Shown here in pieces: positions 16,555 to 26,376 of a stretch of DNA of 39,820 nucleotides. The notes beneath the pieces were generated by a model that had not been told where the DNA came from, searched no databases, and saw only the letters and a program-made list of their open reading frames with translations. This DNA is from a virus. Lineage: Duplodnaviria > Caudoviricetes. The first letter of the stretch is position 1. Each line of letters starts with the position of its first letter. Where the stretch lies: positions 1 to 39,820 of IMG/VR virus record IMGVR_UViG_3300005805_000189, one strand, 5' to 3'. The position numbers and the translations under genes are program-made.

Positions 16555-16944
16555 ATGAAGGTAACATTGGACGATAACAATTTTTTTCTTTATGCTGCGC
16601 GCAACTATAATAATCCGTGTGTAGATGACATAGAATTTATGGAAGATCTAGGTAGAATCAAAAATCTTCGTAGATTATTCAGTAGATATGAACGTCGAGG
16701 TGAATTGAAAGAACGACTTATATTAAATCATCTTATGGTATTGTATAATGTATTCGATCATAAAGCTATGACGCGCATGTTAGCGTTTAGATTATATGAT
16801 CATTTGCATTTACTGAAGCCGTTCTTAATGCTTCTCAATTATTGGCCTGAGCGCATAGAAGACATCGGAACCGATTGCGAAACGATTAGATCCAGCGATA
16901 TCATTATGGATATGCGAGTCGTAGACGTATTGAGGAAAATTTAA
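16555..16944 (+). CDS. conserved T4-like hypothetical protein
   Basis: YAARNYNNP..EF.EDL.RIK...LKERLILNH..LYNVF motif. Confidence 0.75.
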   Translation: MKVTLDDNNFFLYAARNYNNPCVDDIEFMEDLGRIKNLRRLFSRYERRGELKERLILNHLMVLYNVFDHKAMTRMLAFRLYDHLHLLKPFLMLLNYWPERIEDIGTDCETIRSSDIIMDMRVVDVLRKI

Positions 16945-17297
16945 TGAAAAGTCTTAAAGAGTTATCGCCACAACTTGTAGGCAAAGTAAATAAAGCTAGA
17001 CTCTATAAGCCTAGTAAGACTCCTGCTGCATCAAAGACGTTAGATGTTGCGGTTAAGAAGGCTTGGTTAAAATCTAAAGTTGGTATCGTCAAAGAAGATG
17101 CTCCAGCTAATGCTACTGGTCCAGCTGTTGCAGGGACTGATGGCAATGTGCACTGGAGTAAGCGTCAGCCTAAAATCGGAGCTAAAGGTAAGATAAAGAA
17201 ATACGGTCAGCCTATGGTATTTAAGGCTATAGTCCGTCGCAAAAACGTGAATGAATCGATTGTTTATTATAAGACATCAAATAAGCATCGAGGCTGA
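16944..17297 (+). CDS. basic hypothetical protein (EDAPANA motif; probable head-internal)
   Basis: MKSLKEL start, VKEDAPANATG. Confidence 0.65.
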   Translation: MKSLKELSPQLVGKVNKARLYKPSKTPAASKTLDVAVKKAWLKSKVGIVKEDAPANATGPAVAGTDGNVHWSKRQPKIGAKGKIKKYGQPMVFKAIVRRKNVNESIVYYKTSNKHRG

Positions 17298-17299
17298 TC

Positions 17300-17764
17300 A
17301 TGGGATTAAAAATAAAACTAATAATCGCGTGTGTTTTATTTACAGTCATGACAAGCGGATATTTTTACATTATGGCTCTTCAAGGTAAATTGGAAGCCGC
17401 TGCAGAAATTCAACAACGAATGGAGGGTGTCATCACTCAACAGAAAATCGTTCTTGATAAGCAGCAAGAAGACGCTCGTAAGATGCAAGATCTCAACAAT
17501 GAAATGTCAAGTAAGTTTACAGAAACTCAACGCGAAGTGTCTGAGCTTAGTCAGAAATTCAATAATCGTAATTTAGCCGGATCTTCGCTTAAGAATCCGG
17601 AAGAATACGAAATCAAAATTAATCGTGGCACAAAAGATGCTATGCGTTGCAATGAGTTGATCACAGGTTCACCCTTGACAACTGCCGAAAAAACTGGTAA
17701 AGTAAAGAATGGAATTTGCGCTGATCTAATCAAAGGATTAGGCATCAAGGAAAATAATCCATGA
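17300..17764 (+). CDS. inner-membrane spanin (Rz-like) candidate
   Basis: N-terminal TM, long coiled coil, two C-terminal Cys. Confidence 0.65.
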   Translation: MGLKIKLIIACVLFTVMTSGYFYIMALQGKLEAAAEIQQRMEGVITQQKIVLDKQQEDARKMQDLNNEMSSKFTETQREVSELSQKFNNRNLAGSSLKNPEEYEIKINRGTKDAMRCNELITGSPLTTAEKTGKVKNGICADLIKGLGIKENNP

Positions 17765-18122
17765 ACAAATTACTGCTAATGTTACTATTAATATTTCCTA
17801 CACAAACATTGGCTGAAACTCAAATACAAAATAGATCTTTATTGTGCGTAGATTTTCAACAATTAAAAGGAATTCTAGACAAGTTTGAAGAATTACCGAC
17901 AGTTCATGGTATATCAACTTCTATGATAGATGGAATTGCTAGAAAATTTTCTATGGTTATCTTTGTTAATGCGACGAATAGAACATATACAATCGCTGAA
18001 AAAATATCAGAAACTGGTTATTGTATTGTTGCAATGGGTAACAATATGGAACCGGTACCACAAGGAATGCCAATTCAATTAGAAAAAGAAAGCGACGAAG
18101 GAAAATAATCCATGAATAAATT
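17747..18122 (+). repeat. 25-bp direct repeat pair flanking the 17761 gene
   Basis: AAGGAAAATAATCCATGAACAAATT (17747-17771) and AAGGAAAATAATCCATGAATAAATT (18098-18122), 24/25 identical. Confidence 0.85.
17761..18108 (+). CDS. secreted hypothetical protein
   Basis: Signal peptide (MNKLLLMLLLIFPTQTLA), two Cys. Confidence 0.7.
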   Translation: MNKLLLMLLLIFPTQTLAETQIQNRSLLCVDFQQLKGILDKFEELPTVHGISTSMIDGIARKFSMVIFVNATNRTYTIAEKISETGYCIVAMGNNMEPVPQGMPIQLEKESDEGK

Positions 18123-18468
18123 GATTTTTGTTTTGTTTGCTATAGGGTTAAGTGGCTGCTCCGAAACAGCTAGGATTATTGATAAGCCTGTTCTTTATGA
18201 GCGTTCTCAGCTTGTCGTGCCTATTGTTGCGCCTGTTAGCCAATCAAATATATCGTGGACTATAATCACGCCTCAGAACTACGAGGCTAAGGTTAAAGAA
18301 ATAGAATCTAAGGGAGGTAATGCAGTCCTATTCGCATTAACGCCACAAGGCTATCAGAATCTTTCGATGAATGTTGCAGAGTTGCGAAGATATATTCAGC
18401 AACAGCAATCAGTCATTATAGCCTATCAAAAATACTACAAGACAGAAACCCCTCCACAGAAAAGATAA
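18112..18468 (+). CDS. outer-membrane spanin lipoprotein (Rz1-like) candidate
   Basis: Lipobox LSGC; ALT..GY.NLS.N.AEL.RYI.QQ motif. Confidence 0.7.
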   Translation: MNKLIFVLFAIGLSGCSETARIIDKPVLYERSQLVVPIVAPVSQSNISWTIITPQNYEAKVKEIESKGGNAVLFALTPQGYQNLSMNVAELRRYIQQQQSVIIAYQKYYKTETPPQKR

Positions 18469-18470
18469 AT

Positions 18471-18500
18471 CTTGACAACTTCCCTCATATTGATTATAAT
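18471..18500 (+). promoter_or_regulatory. sigma70-type promoter
   Basis: TTGACA 18472-18477, 17 bp spacer, TATAAT 18495-18500. Confidence 0.85.
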
Positions 18501-18565
18501 GAACTTATGTTTGTTGACGATACTTCGAAACAATTAACGCCTTTAGATTTATGAAATGATGTGCG

Positions 18566-19570
18566 ATGGGAACTATAACTGATCACAAATATATTGGGAT
18601 GATATCCCACAAGCTTCTTCTGTTCAAGAAGAAGTCTGATAGGATCTATAATTTTAGATGCCCATTTTGCGGCGACTCTCAGAAAAATAAACTGAAAGCT
18701 CGTGGGTATATGTTTGAGAAATCAGGCGGACTGATTTTTAAATGTCATAATTGTGATGTGGGTACTAATCTAGGTAAACTCATTGATCTAGTTGATCCCG
18801 GTCTATCTAAAGCCTATAGATTAGAATCCTATAAAGATCGCGTCGAGGCTGGTAAACCCGAAGAGTTTATTATCCCTCGTGCAGAAGTCGCTAGACCAAA
18901 AATCATTCTAGATGAATTGCTTCCGCGGTTAGACGAACTTCCTCTTCATCATCGAGCAGTCCAGTATGTAAAAGATCGTCGTATCCCAAAGGATCGATGG
19001 AATGATCTGTACTATGCTCGTGATATGAAAATCCTAGAACAACTAAATCCCGCATACGAAGGACGACTCACGTCGGACGAAAGGCTTGTTATCCCATTCC
19101 GTCGCGAAGATGGATTGCTTACGGGTGTTACTGGTCGTTCTATGGGTAGCTCCACACTGCGATATGTCACGGTAAGGATCACTGATGATCCCTTGATATA
19201 TGGATTAGATCGGATCGTTCGTGGTAAAAAAATATATATTACAGAAGGTCCGATTGATAGTATGTTTCTTCCAAATTCTATCGCCGCTGGAGGCACGGAC
19301 TTTGCTAGAGCGCTATATAACGTAGCAGGTGAGGAAGCTATCCTCATCTTTGACAATCAGCCGCGAAACAAACAAGTAGTAAAGCGAGTTGAATCATTTG
19401 TTAGTCGTGGATATGCTATGGTAATTTGGAATTCAACCTGGAATTATAAAGACATCAATGATGCTATTTTATCTGGATGTAGCGTTCCCGCGATTGAAGA
19501 CATACTAAATAAATCCACGTTTAAGGGTCTTGCTCTTAAGCTCGCTATCCGAGACTGGAAAAAATGTTAA
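18566..19570 (+). CDS. gp61: T4 gp61-like DNA primase
   Basis: Zn finger CPFCGDS...CHNC; TOPRIM EGPIDS, FDNQPRN, KDIND. Confidence 0.95.
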   Translation: MGTITDHKYIGMISHKLLLFKKKSDRIYNFRCPFCGDSQKNKLKARGYMFEKSGGLIFKCHNCDVGTNLGKLIDLVDPGLSKAYRLESYKDRVEAGKPEEFIIPRAEVARPKIILDELLPRLDELPLHHRAVQYVKDRRIPKDRWNDLYYARDMKILEQLNPAYEGRLTSDERLVIPFRREDGLLTGVTGRSMGSSTLRYVTVRITDDPLIYGLDRIVRGKKIYITEGPIDSMFLPNSIAAGGTDFARALYNVAGEEAILIFDNQPRNKQVVKRVESFVSRGYAMVIWNSTWNYKDINDAILSGCSVPAIEDILNKSTFKGLALKLAIRDWKKC

Positions 19571-19636
19571 CACAGAAACGATTTCTGTGATCAGTATTAT
19601 TTTGTCCGCATTTATAAGAAAAAAATGGAGTCATCT

Positions 19637-21550
19637 ATGTCTAACAACTATCTTCCCACCCAATATCAACAATACATTCATAAGTCACGATATGCTAGAT
19701 GGTTGTATGACGAGAATCGCCGCGAGACGTGGAGCGAAACAGTTTCGAGATATTTTAATTTCTTTGAAGAGTTTCTTAAAGAAAATAACGGATACACTCT
19801 TGATCCGAAGATCAAGGCTAAACTAGAAGAATCAGTTTTGTCGCTGCAGACGATGCCATCGATGCGTTGTCTTATGACGGCTGGCGAGGCTCTAAAGAGG
19901 GAGAACGTCGCTGGATATAATTGTTCTTACGTTGCTGTTGATAATCCCCGTTCGTTTGATGAAATCCTTTATATCCTAATGAACGGCACTGGTGTTGGAT
20001 TCTCCGTTGAATCTAAGTCTACTGAATTGATGCCTATTGTAAATGACGACTTTCATGATTCTGATACTACCATAATGGTCGCTGATAGCAAACTCGGATG
20101 GGCTAAGGCTCTTAAGGAATTAATTCAGCTTCTCTACAGCGGGCAGATTCCTCGCTGGGATGTTTCTAAGGTTCGCGCAGCTGGTGCGCCGCTCAAGACT
20201 TTCGGCGGACGAGCTTCTGGTCCTGCGCCGCTCAACGATCTATTTCACTTCTGTGTGAATACTTTTAGAAAGGCTGCTGGGCGCCGCCTCACAACCTTGG
20301 AGTGTCACGACATTGTTTGCAAAATTGCTGAAATTGTTGTTGTCGGTGGCGTTAGGCGCTCTGCTCTTATTTCCCTATCCGATCTATCTGATGATCGTAT
20401 GCGTGTCGCTAAGTCTGGTGAATGGTGGAAAGATAATATACAACGCGCTCTTGCAAATAATTCCTTTGTAGCAAAAGAGCAGATTGATGTTGGTATCTTC
20501 ATGAAGGAATGGTTATCGCTCTATGAGTCCCATTCTGGCGAGCGTGGGATCTTCTCGCGCGCAGCCGCGAAGAAACAGGTCGCGCGATTTGGTCGTCGTG
20601 ATCCTAATTATGAATTTGGTACAAATCCATGTTCCGAGATTATCCTCCGTAATCGTGAATTTTGCAATCTAACTGAGGTCGTCGTTCGCGGAGATGATAC
20701 AGCCGCTACACTAAAAGAAAAGGTGAGAAATGCAACCGTACTTGGAGTTTTTCAATCTACTCTCACAAACTTCAAATACTTATCCAAGAAGTGGAAAGAG
20801 AACTGCGAAGAAGAGCGTCTTCTCGGCGTTTCGCTCACAGGCATCATGGATAATGAATACACGAATGGTAAGAAGGGTGATCTCGAAAAGCTCTTAAACG
20901 AACTTCGCGAAGTATCTCAAGAAACCGCAAAGGAATGGGCTGAAAAGATTGGTATTCCAGTTTCAGCTGCTATCACCTGCGTCAAACCTTCTGGCACAGT
21001 TTCGCAGCTGGTCGACGCAGCTTCTGGTATTCATGCTCGGCACAGCCCATACTATGTTCGTACCGTTCGTGCGGACAAGAAAGATCCGCTCGCTAAGATG
21101 ATGATCGATATGGGTTTCCCCGCTGAAGATGATGTCACCAAGCCAGATCACACATATGTATTCTCTTTCCCGATCAAGTCACCTGAAGGTGCAATCTATC
21201 GTAAGGATATGTCTGCTATTGAGCAACTTGAATTGTGGCTCGCATATCAGCGTCACTGGTGTGAACATAAACCATCCATCACTGTGTCTGTGAAAGAAGA
21301 AGAATGGCCTACTGTCGGTGCATGGGTGTGGGAACACTTCGATGAAATGAGCGGCGTGTCTTTCCTACCTTTCTCTGATCATACGTATCAGCAAGCTCCG
21401 TATCAAGACTGCGATCAATCGACATATGAAACTCTTTTGGCTAAGATGCCTAAGGACGTTGATTGGGCCAAGCTCGCAGAATATGAGCGTCAAGATATGA
21501 CTATCGGTTCACAGGAATTAGCCTGCGTTGCTGGAGGCTGTGAAATCTGA
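19637..21550 (+). CDS. nrdJ: class II (adenosylcobalamin-dependent) ribonucleotide reductase
   Basis: SRYARW, PSMR, YNC, GTNPCSEI, CNLTE, CVKPSGT, C-terminal CxxGGC. No beta-subunit gene follows. GGAG RBS before ATG 19637. Confidence 0.92.
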   Translation: MSNNYLPTQYQQYIHKSRYARWLYDENRRETWSETVSRYFNFFEEFLKENNGYTLDPKIKAKLEESVLSLQTMPSMRCLMTAGEALKRENVAGYNCSYVAVDNPRSFDEILYILMNGTGVGFSVESKSTELMPIVNDDFHDSDTTIMVADSKLGWAKALKELIQLLYSGQIPRWDVSKVRAAGAPLKTFGGRASGPAPLNDLFHFCVNTFRKAAGRRLTTLECHDIVCKIAEIVVVGGVRRSALISLSDLSDDRMRVAKSGEWWKDNIQRALANNSFVAKEQIDVGIFMKEWLSLYESHSGERGIFSRAAAKKQVARFGRRDPNYEFGTNPCSEIILRNREFCNLTEVVVRGDDTAATLKEKVRNATVLGVFQSTLTNFKYLSKKWKENCEEERLLGVSLTGIMDNEYTNGKKGDLEKLLNELREVSQETAKEWAEKIGIPVSAAITCVKPSGTVSQLVDAASGIHARHSPYYVRTVRADKKDPLAKMMIDMGFPAEDDVTKPDHTYVFSFPIKSPEGAIYRKDMSAIEQLELWLAYQRHWCEHKPSITVSVKEEEWPTVGAWVWEHFDEMSGVSFLPFSDHTYQQAPYQDCDQSTYETLLAKMPKDVDWAKLAEYERQDMTIGSQELACVAGGCEI

Positions 21551-21708
21551 TGAGTAAAGAAGTAGAAAAGAGAATCTGTAGTTATTGTGAATCAGACTAT
21601 AAGCTAATGTATGATCTCGACAACACTTCTGGTCATCCGAAGTTTTGTCCTTTCTGCGCTTCTGATGTTTATGAAGAACAGATAGAAAGCGAAGATGAGG
21701 ATGAATAG
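21550..21708 (+). CDS. small zinc-ribbon protein (52 aa, not in the ORF track)
   Basis: Manual translation: CSYC...FCPFC with an acidic tail; overlaps the nrdJ stop. Confidence 0.75.
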   Translation: MSKEVEKRICSYCESDYKLMYDLDNTSGHPKFCPFCASDVYEEQIESEDEDE

Positions 21709-21723
21709 TGAAATGGAAATAGC

Positions 21724-21891
21724 ATGCAAAGTATCAAGGAACGCTACGAACTCCTAGAACAAAAGATTCAAGCTATTCGTGAGAATCTTCATCTGATCAA
21801 TAGCGAAGAGCTTGAACTTTCTGTAAAGACCATGGAAGAATATGAAGTGATTCTGAAGCAAATAGAAGATCTGTATTCCGACCAGTTGTAA
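21724..21891 (+). CDS. small coiled-coil hypothetical protein (55 aa)
   Basis: Manual translation MQSIKERYELLEQKIQAIRENL...; fills the gap; GGA RBS. Confidence 0.55.
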   Translation: MQSIKERYELLEQKIQAIRENLHLINSEELELSVKTMEEYEVILKQIEDLYSDQL

Positions 21892-21906
21892 CAACTATAT
21901 AAGTTC

Positions 21907-22365
21907 ATGAGTTATGAAAACCCGTGGACTTTTGATGGGAAAGTATTCGACAGTGAAGATATCAGCGACTCGTATGGGTTCATATACATTATCACCACTC
22001 CTGACGGTCAGAAGTACATCGGTCGAAAGTACTTCTGGTCCGTCAGGAAAGTTAAGGGTAAATCCCGTCGTCAACGATCCGAATCTGACTGGAAATCCTA
22101 CTATGGTTCCAGTGAAGTCCTCAAAGCTAAAATCAAACAATCAGACAAACCTTTGTTCAAGCGAGAAATCATCTCGTTACACAGTACAAAGGGACGCGTA
22201 AATTTTGAAGAAGTGCGCGAGCAGTTCGCCCATGAAGTATTGGAACGGGATGATTATATAAATGACAACATTAATGGTAAGTGGCACAGAAGCCCAGAAC
22301 ACATCAGAAGCAAATCAAGATTCTCTGCCCTCGCATCTAGGCGGGCATTTAAACAAGACACATAA
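21907..22365 (+). CDS. NrdA.1-like GIY-YIG-family protein
   Basis: YGFIYII...KYIGRKYFW...ESDWKSYYGSS. Confidence 0.8.
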   Translation: MSYENPWTFDGKVFDSEDISDSYGFIYIITTPDGQKYIGRKYFWSVRKVKGKSRRQRSESDWKSYYGSSEVLKAKIKQSDKPLFKREIISLHSTKGRVNFEEVREQFAHEVLERDDYINDNINGKWHRSPEHIRSKSRFSALASRRAFKQDT

Positions 22366-22876
22366 TGATAGAGGGACCTTGACATATTGCATAAATCAGT
22401 TTAAGATTAAGTCATTCCTTGATGTTGGGTGTGGTCCTGGCGGAATGGTCGCGCTCGCGAGCATGCGTGGGCTTGAATCAGTTGGTATCGATGGTGACTG
22501 GGAAGTTCCGAAAGAAGATGATACGAATATCGTTATCCATGATTTCACCAATGGTCCTGCTCCCCTTGATCGCGACTTCGATCTGGGTTGGTCTGTAGAG
22601 TTCTTGGAGCACGTAGAGGAAAAGTACATGCCGCATTATATGGCTGCGTTCCAACGCTGTCAGATCGTGATTGCTACTGCTGCTCCTCCTGGCTATGCTG
22701 GTCATCATCACGTGAACTGTCAGACCCAAGAATACTGGCATAACAAGTTCGACGAATATGGATTTACTTATGATCCAGTTCATACTGAGATTATTCGTAA
22801 AGAATCTTCGATGCAGAAACCCTTCCTACAGCGCACTGGAATGTTCTACGTCAATCGCGCTTTTCCTAAGAGGTAA
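22262..22876 (+). CDS. class I SAM-dependent methyltransferase
   Basis: LDVGCGPG, GIDG, VEFLEHV; exact start uncertain (22262 or 22274). Confidence 0.85.
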   Translation: MTTLMVSGTEAQNTSEANQDSLPSHLGGHLNKTHNDRGTLTYCINQFKIKSFLDVGCGPGGMVALASMRGLESVGIDGDWEVPKEDDTNIVIHDFTNGPAPLDRDFDLGWSVEFLEHVEEKYMPHYMAAFQRCQIVIATAAPPGYAGHHHVNCQTQEYWHNKFDEYGFTYDPVHTEIIRKESSMQKPFLQRTGMFYVNRAFPKR

Positions 22877-22880
22877 CGAA

Positions 22881-23594
22881 ATGAATTATGTTTCGAATGG
22901 TACAAAACCAACAACTGTAAACGAACAGATTGTTTATGACGAAGGTCTTCGTCATTTTATGTTGAGTGTTTATAACAACATGACGATTTCACTTGCGATC
23001 AGTGGTGCTATCGCTCTGTTTGTTTCCATGAGCCCAGGTCTAATGTCCGCGATTTGGGGATCGCCGCTCAAGTGGGTAGTTATCTTCCTACCTCTTGTCA
23101 TGAGCCTCGGATTTACTTTCTTAGTAGATAAGATCAGTTCTAGTACTGCACGAACGTTTCTTTTCGTCTTTGCAGCAGCTATGGGTCTTAGTCTCAGTTC
23201 GTTGTTTGCTATCTTTAAGATGGGTAGTATCGTTCAGGTATTCTTCATCACAGCCGCAACATTCGGTGCTGCGTCGCTTTATGGATATACGACCAAGCGT
23301 GATATGACGAACATCGGTTCGTTTCTTATCATGGGTGTGATCGGTATCTTAATTGCCAGCGTCGTCAATATCTTTCTACAGAGTTCGATGTTTAGTCTTA
23401 TCATCTCTTGCCTTGCAGTTTTAATCTTTACTGGATTGACTGCATATGATACTCAAGAACTAAAAAATATCTATGATAGCCAGTATGATGAAGAGATGGA
23501 AAAGAGCGGTGTTATTGGTGCTCTTGGTTTGTATATGAACTTCATCAATATCTTTGTGCATCTTCTGCAAATCATTGGAGATAAAAAAGAATGA
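22881..23594 (+). CDS. yccA: Bax inhibitor-1/YccA family membrane protein
   Basis: DEGLR.FM..VYN.M, YGYTTKRD, FTGLTAYDTQ, seven TM segments. Confidence 0.9.
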   Translation: MNYVSNGTKPTTVNEQIVYDEGLRHFMLSVYNNMTISLAISGAIALFVSMSPGLMSAIWGSPLKWVVIFLPLVMSLGFTFLVDKISSSTARTFLFVFAAAMGLSLSSLFAIFKMGSIVQVFFITAATFGAASLYGYTTKRDMTNIGSFLIMGVIGILIASVVNIFLQSSMFSLIISCLAVLIFTGLTAYDTQELKNIYDSQYDEEMEKSGVIGALGLYMNFINIFVHLLQIIGDKKE

Positions 23595-24322
23595 GTGATA
23601 CTCCTATTAACATTTTCGTAGGAACTTCTTCTAACAACGAAGATTCTGAAGCTGAGATGGTGTTGGAGTATACGCTTCAAAAGAACACTAAGCATCCTTT
23701 GAATATCACTTGGATGCGTCAGACTAACGATGAAGATAGCATCTGGAACGGATGGGAAACACAACGCTGGTCAACTCCGTTCAGTGGATTTCGCTGGGCT
23801 ATCCCAGAAGCATGTGACTTTTCTGGGCGAGCCATCTATATGGACGTGGATCAACTGAATCTTCGCGACATCGGCGAGTTGTATAACATCGATCTACAAG
23901 GTAAGCCTCTGGCTGCTCGTAGAGGTGCACGATTTGGTGGACACGAGTTCTGTGTTATTGTTATGGATTGTGAACTCATGGGTAATCTTCTTATGCCAGC
24001 TGATCGTATGAAGCCTAATCCAGACGCACATCACAGATACATTGGTATGTTTTCTGGTACAGACTATACGTTAGATTTAGATCCGCGTTGGAATTGTCAT
24101 GATGGCGACAACTTAGATCTTGACAACATCTGGCACTTACACTATACTAAGATGAGTACCCAACCTTGGAAACCTGCTTGGTTCACTGGCGTAGCCGAAG
24201 AGCATCCTCGTCAGGATCTCGTTAAGCTATGGTTTGATATGCGCGCAGAAGCAACGGAAAATGGATTTTCTCCCCGCATCAATCCTGAACCATTTGGCGA
24301 ATATAACATCATTGGTAGATAA
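23591..24322 (+). CDS. GT-A fold glycosyltransferase (GT8-like)
   Basis: WSTPFSGFRWAIP, IYMDVD (DxD), WN...LHYT...QPW. Confidence 0.8.
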   Translation: MSDTPINIFVGTSSNNEDSEAEMVLEYTLQKNTKHPLNITWMRQTNDEDSIWNGWETQRWSTPFSGFRWAIPEACDFSGRAIYMDVDQLNLRDIGELYNIDLQGKPLAARRGARFGGHEFCVIVMDCELMGNLLMPADRMKPNPDAHHRYIGMFSGTDYTLDLDPRWNCHDGDNLDLDNIWHLHYTKMSTQPWKPAWFTGVAEEHPRQDLVKLWFDMRAEATENGFSPRINPEPFGEYNIIGR

Positions 24323-25041
24323 TGAAACTCTTTGCGTCATGCGATACTAAGTATCTAAACATTCATGCGCCGGCGCTTATCGCGTCGGCTGCACATCACC
24401 GCAATTCTATTCACATTAATGTTTGCGGAGCGGCTAACGGGGATAGAGATTTACTAGATCATCTATGTTCTCAGTTTTCTAAAATTGCTGGCGATGACGT
24501 AGGAGATATGACGTGGAGTATGTCAACTCCGATGGTTTACGATGAGAAGGCCATAGACGCTCAACGTACTGCGTATGCGTGCGATCGCTTTATCATTGCT
24601 CCTATTATTATGGAACAGCATAAACAAGACTTGCTGATCATCGACACTGATTGTTTAATCATGGATCACATCGAACCTATTCGTAACGATCAAGTGGGTT
24701 TGTTTTTGCGTCCGTCTTTGCCTGGCGTGCAGGGATGGGAAATCGCTGGAACTCGCGTAGCCGCTGGTGCTGTATTCGTTTCTTGTGATGCGCTTCCGTT
24801 CCTTCATACTGTTGCTGCGCGCATTAAGAAGGGTCCTATGAAATGGTTCCTAGATCAGGTCGCTTTGAATGAAGCATATCAAGCGCATGTTACAGAATAT
24901 CGCTTTAGATATTTCGACGAACATTTTATGGATTGGGAGTTCCTACAGGGGACTACGATCTGGACTGGAAAAGGAGATCGGAAGTATGAGAATTCAACAT
25001 ATCTCACAAAGAAAAATGAATTTGATAGGATGATTCGATGA
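24322..25041 (+). CDS. putative nucleotide-diphospho-sugar transferase
   Basis: RF, IIDTD (DxD), AAG, WFLDQVAL, WTGKG. Confidence 0.7.
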   Translation: MKLFASCDTKYLNIHAPALIASAAHHRNSIHINVCGAANGDRDLLDHLCSQFSKIAGDDVGDMTWSMSTPMVYDEKAIDAQRTAYACDRFIIAPIIMEQHKQDLLIIDTDCLIMDHIEPIRNDQVGLFLRPSLPGVQGWEIAGTRVAAGAVFVSCDALPFLHTVAARIKKGPMKWFLDQVALNEAYQAHVTEYRFRYFDEHFMDWEFLQGTTIWTGKGDRKYENSTYLTKKNEFDRMIR

Positions 25042-25985
25042 GAAAGATTGTTATTCTATTCCCACGATTGGATGTTGCGTTTAAAGAAGGACATGTATCA
25101 GAAGCTCGTGGCCCTATTGTTCCGATTCGTCTGCACTGGCAAGCTATGGGAAACATGCTACTAAATCATCATCGCGTTAAAGGCGATGACGTCAGATTCA
25201 TTGAAAAGCCTTTGTGGCAGTTCACGCCCGAGTTCGCAGAATCGTTAGAAGCTGATATCATATACATTCCACATAAGTCAACAGACACGTTCCCTGTAAA
25301 GAACAAGGAAGTTCGATACTATATGCAGAGCGTGTTCCCTTGGCAATTCTATATTGATTCAAAGGGATTCGCAGGAGGAGCTTCTCGATATCCGTTTGTT
25401 TCCGATCTCATCGGAGGAAACTTCTATGATCTGATGGTTTCTCGAGCTAAAATGGGCGAGAGTAAATTCGAGCAACCTGCTAAGAAAAATATCAGTCTCC
25501 CTGCAGACTTTGTGTTTTTCCCGTGTCAGATTCCTCATGACGAAACGATCAAGTATCATTCTGATTTCACCGTCGAGCAAGCTCTTGAAGCGACTTGTAT
25601 TGCTACGCTAGAGCTAAATATACCACTGTATGTTAAGGGACACCCAGTCAATCCTATGAGCATGGTCAATCTTATGGCTATTGCGACTAAATACAGACAC
25701 ACAAGATGGATCGAAGACGTTAACATTCATGATATAATTCCTCATGCGCGAGCTGTCGTTGTGGTGAATTCTGGAACTGGTATGGAGACGCTACTACATA
25801 AGCGTCCGATTGTCACTTTCGGACGTTGTGAATATGATTGTGTGAGTAATAAGGCTACGACTGACAATATCGTTGAGATTCTCAGGAATCCTGTGTTCAA
25901 CGAGAAAGAAGTACGAGCGTTTTTCGCGTCGTGGTACGAATGGACTTACGACACAAGAAGCAGTAAATCTTTTGAACATCTTTAG
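25038..25985 (+). CDS. capsule polysaccharide biosynthesis protein (KpsS/KpsC-like GT-B)
   Basis: FPCQIPHDE, KGHP, VNSGTGMETLL. Confidence 0.8.
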   Translation: MRKIVILFPRLDVAFKEGHVSEARGPIVPIRLHWQAMGNMLLNHHRVKGDDVRFIEKPLWQFTPEFAESLEADIIYIPHKSTDTFPVKNKEVRYYMQSVFPWQFYIDSKGFAGGASRYPFVSDLIGGNFYDLMVSRAKMGESKFEQPAKKNISLPADFVFFPCQIPHDETIKYHSDFTVEQALEATCIATLELNIPLYVKGHPVNPMSMVNLMAIATKYRHTRWIEDVNIHDIIPHARAVVVVNSGTGMETLLHKRPIVTFGRCEYDCVSNKATTDNIVEILRNPVFNEKEVRAFFASWYEWTYDTRSSKSFEHL

Positions 25986-25994
25986 GAGAATCTA

Positions 25995-26360
25995 ATGGCA
26001 TATTGGGGTTTTCATCTGGTACTAGATTGCGCGGAACTTGACAACGCAGCAATTACCAGCTATGATACTATCTACGCTTTCGTCAAGCGACTAGTCAAGG
26101 ATATTGATATGGTTGCATATGGCGAGCCGCAAATCATAAACTTCGGTTCAGGTAATAAGGCTGGATACACTCTTGTCCAGCTTATCGAGACGTCAAACAT
26201 CTGTGCTCATTTTGTACCAGATGATGGTATGGGCGGAAACGCAATGTATCTTGACGTTTTCTCCTGTAAGGAGTATGATGATCAGACTGTTATCAATCTG
26301 GTTAAGGAATACTTTGGCGCTAAGTATGTGCGCCCAACGTATCTGACGAGACAAGCGTAA
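25995..26360 (+). CDS. speD: S-adenosylmethionine decarboxylase proenzyme
   Basis: WGFHLVLD, LIETSNICAHF, YLDVFSCK. Confidence 0.88.
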   Translation: MAYWGFHLVLDCAELDNAAITSYDTIYAFVKRLVKDIDMVAYGEPQIINFGSGNKAGYTLVQLIETSNICAHFVPDDGMGGNAMYLDVFSCKEYDDQTVINLVKEYFGAKYVRPTYLTRQA

Positions 26361-26376
26361 ATAGGGATATCATATA

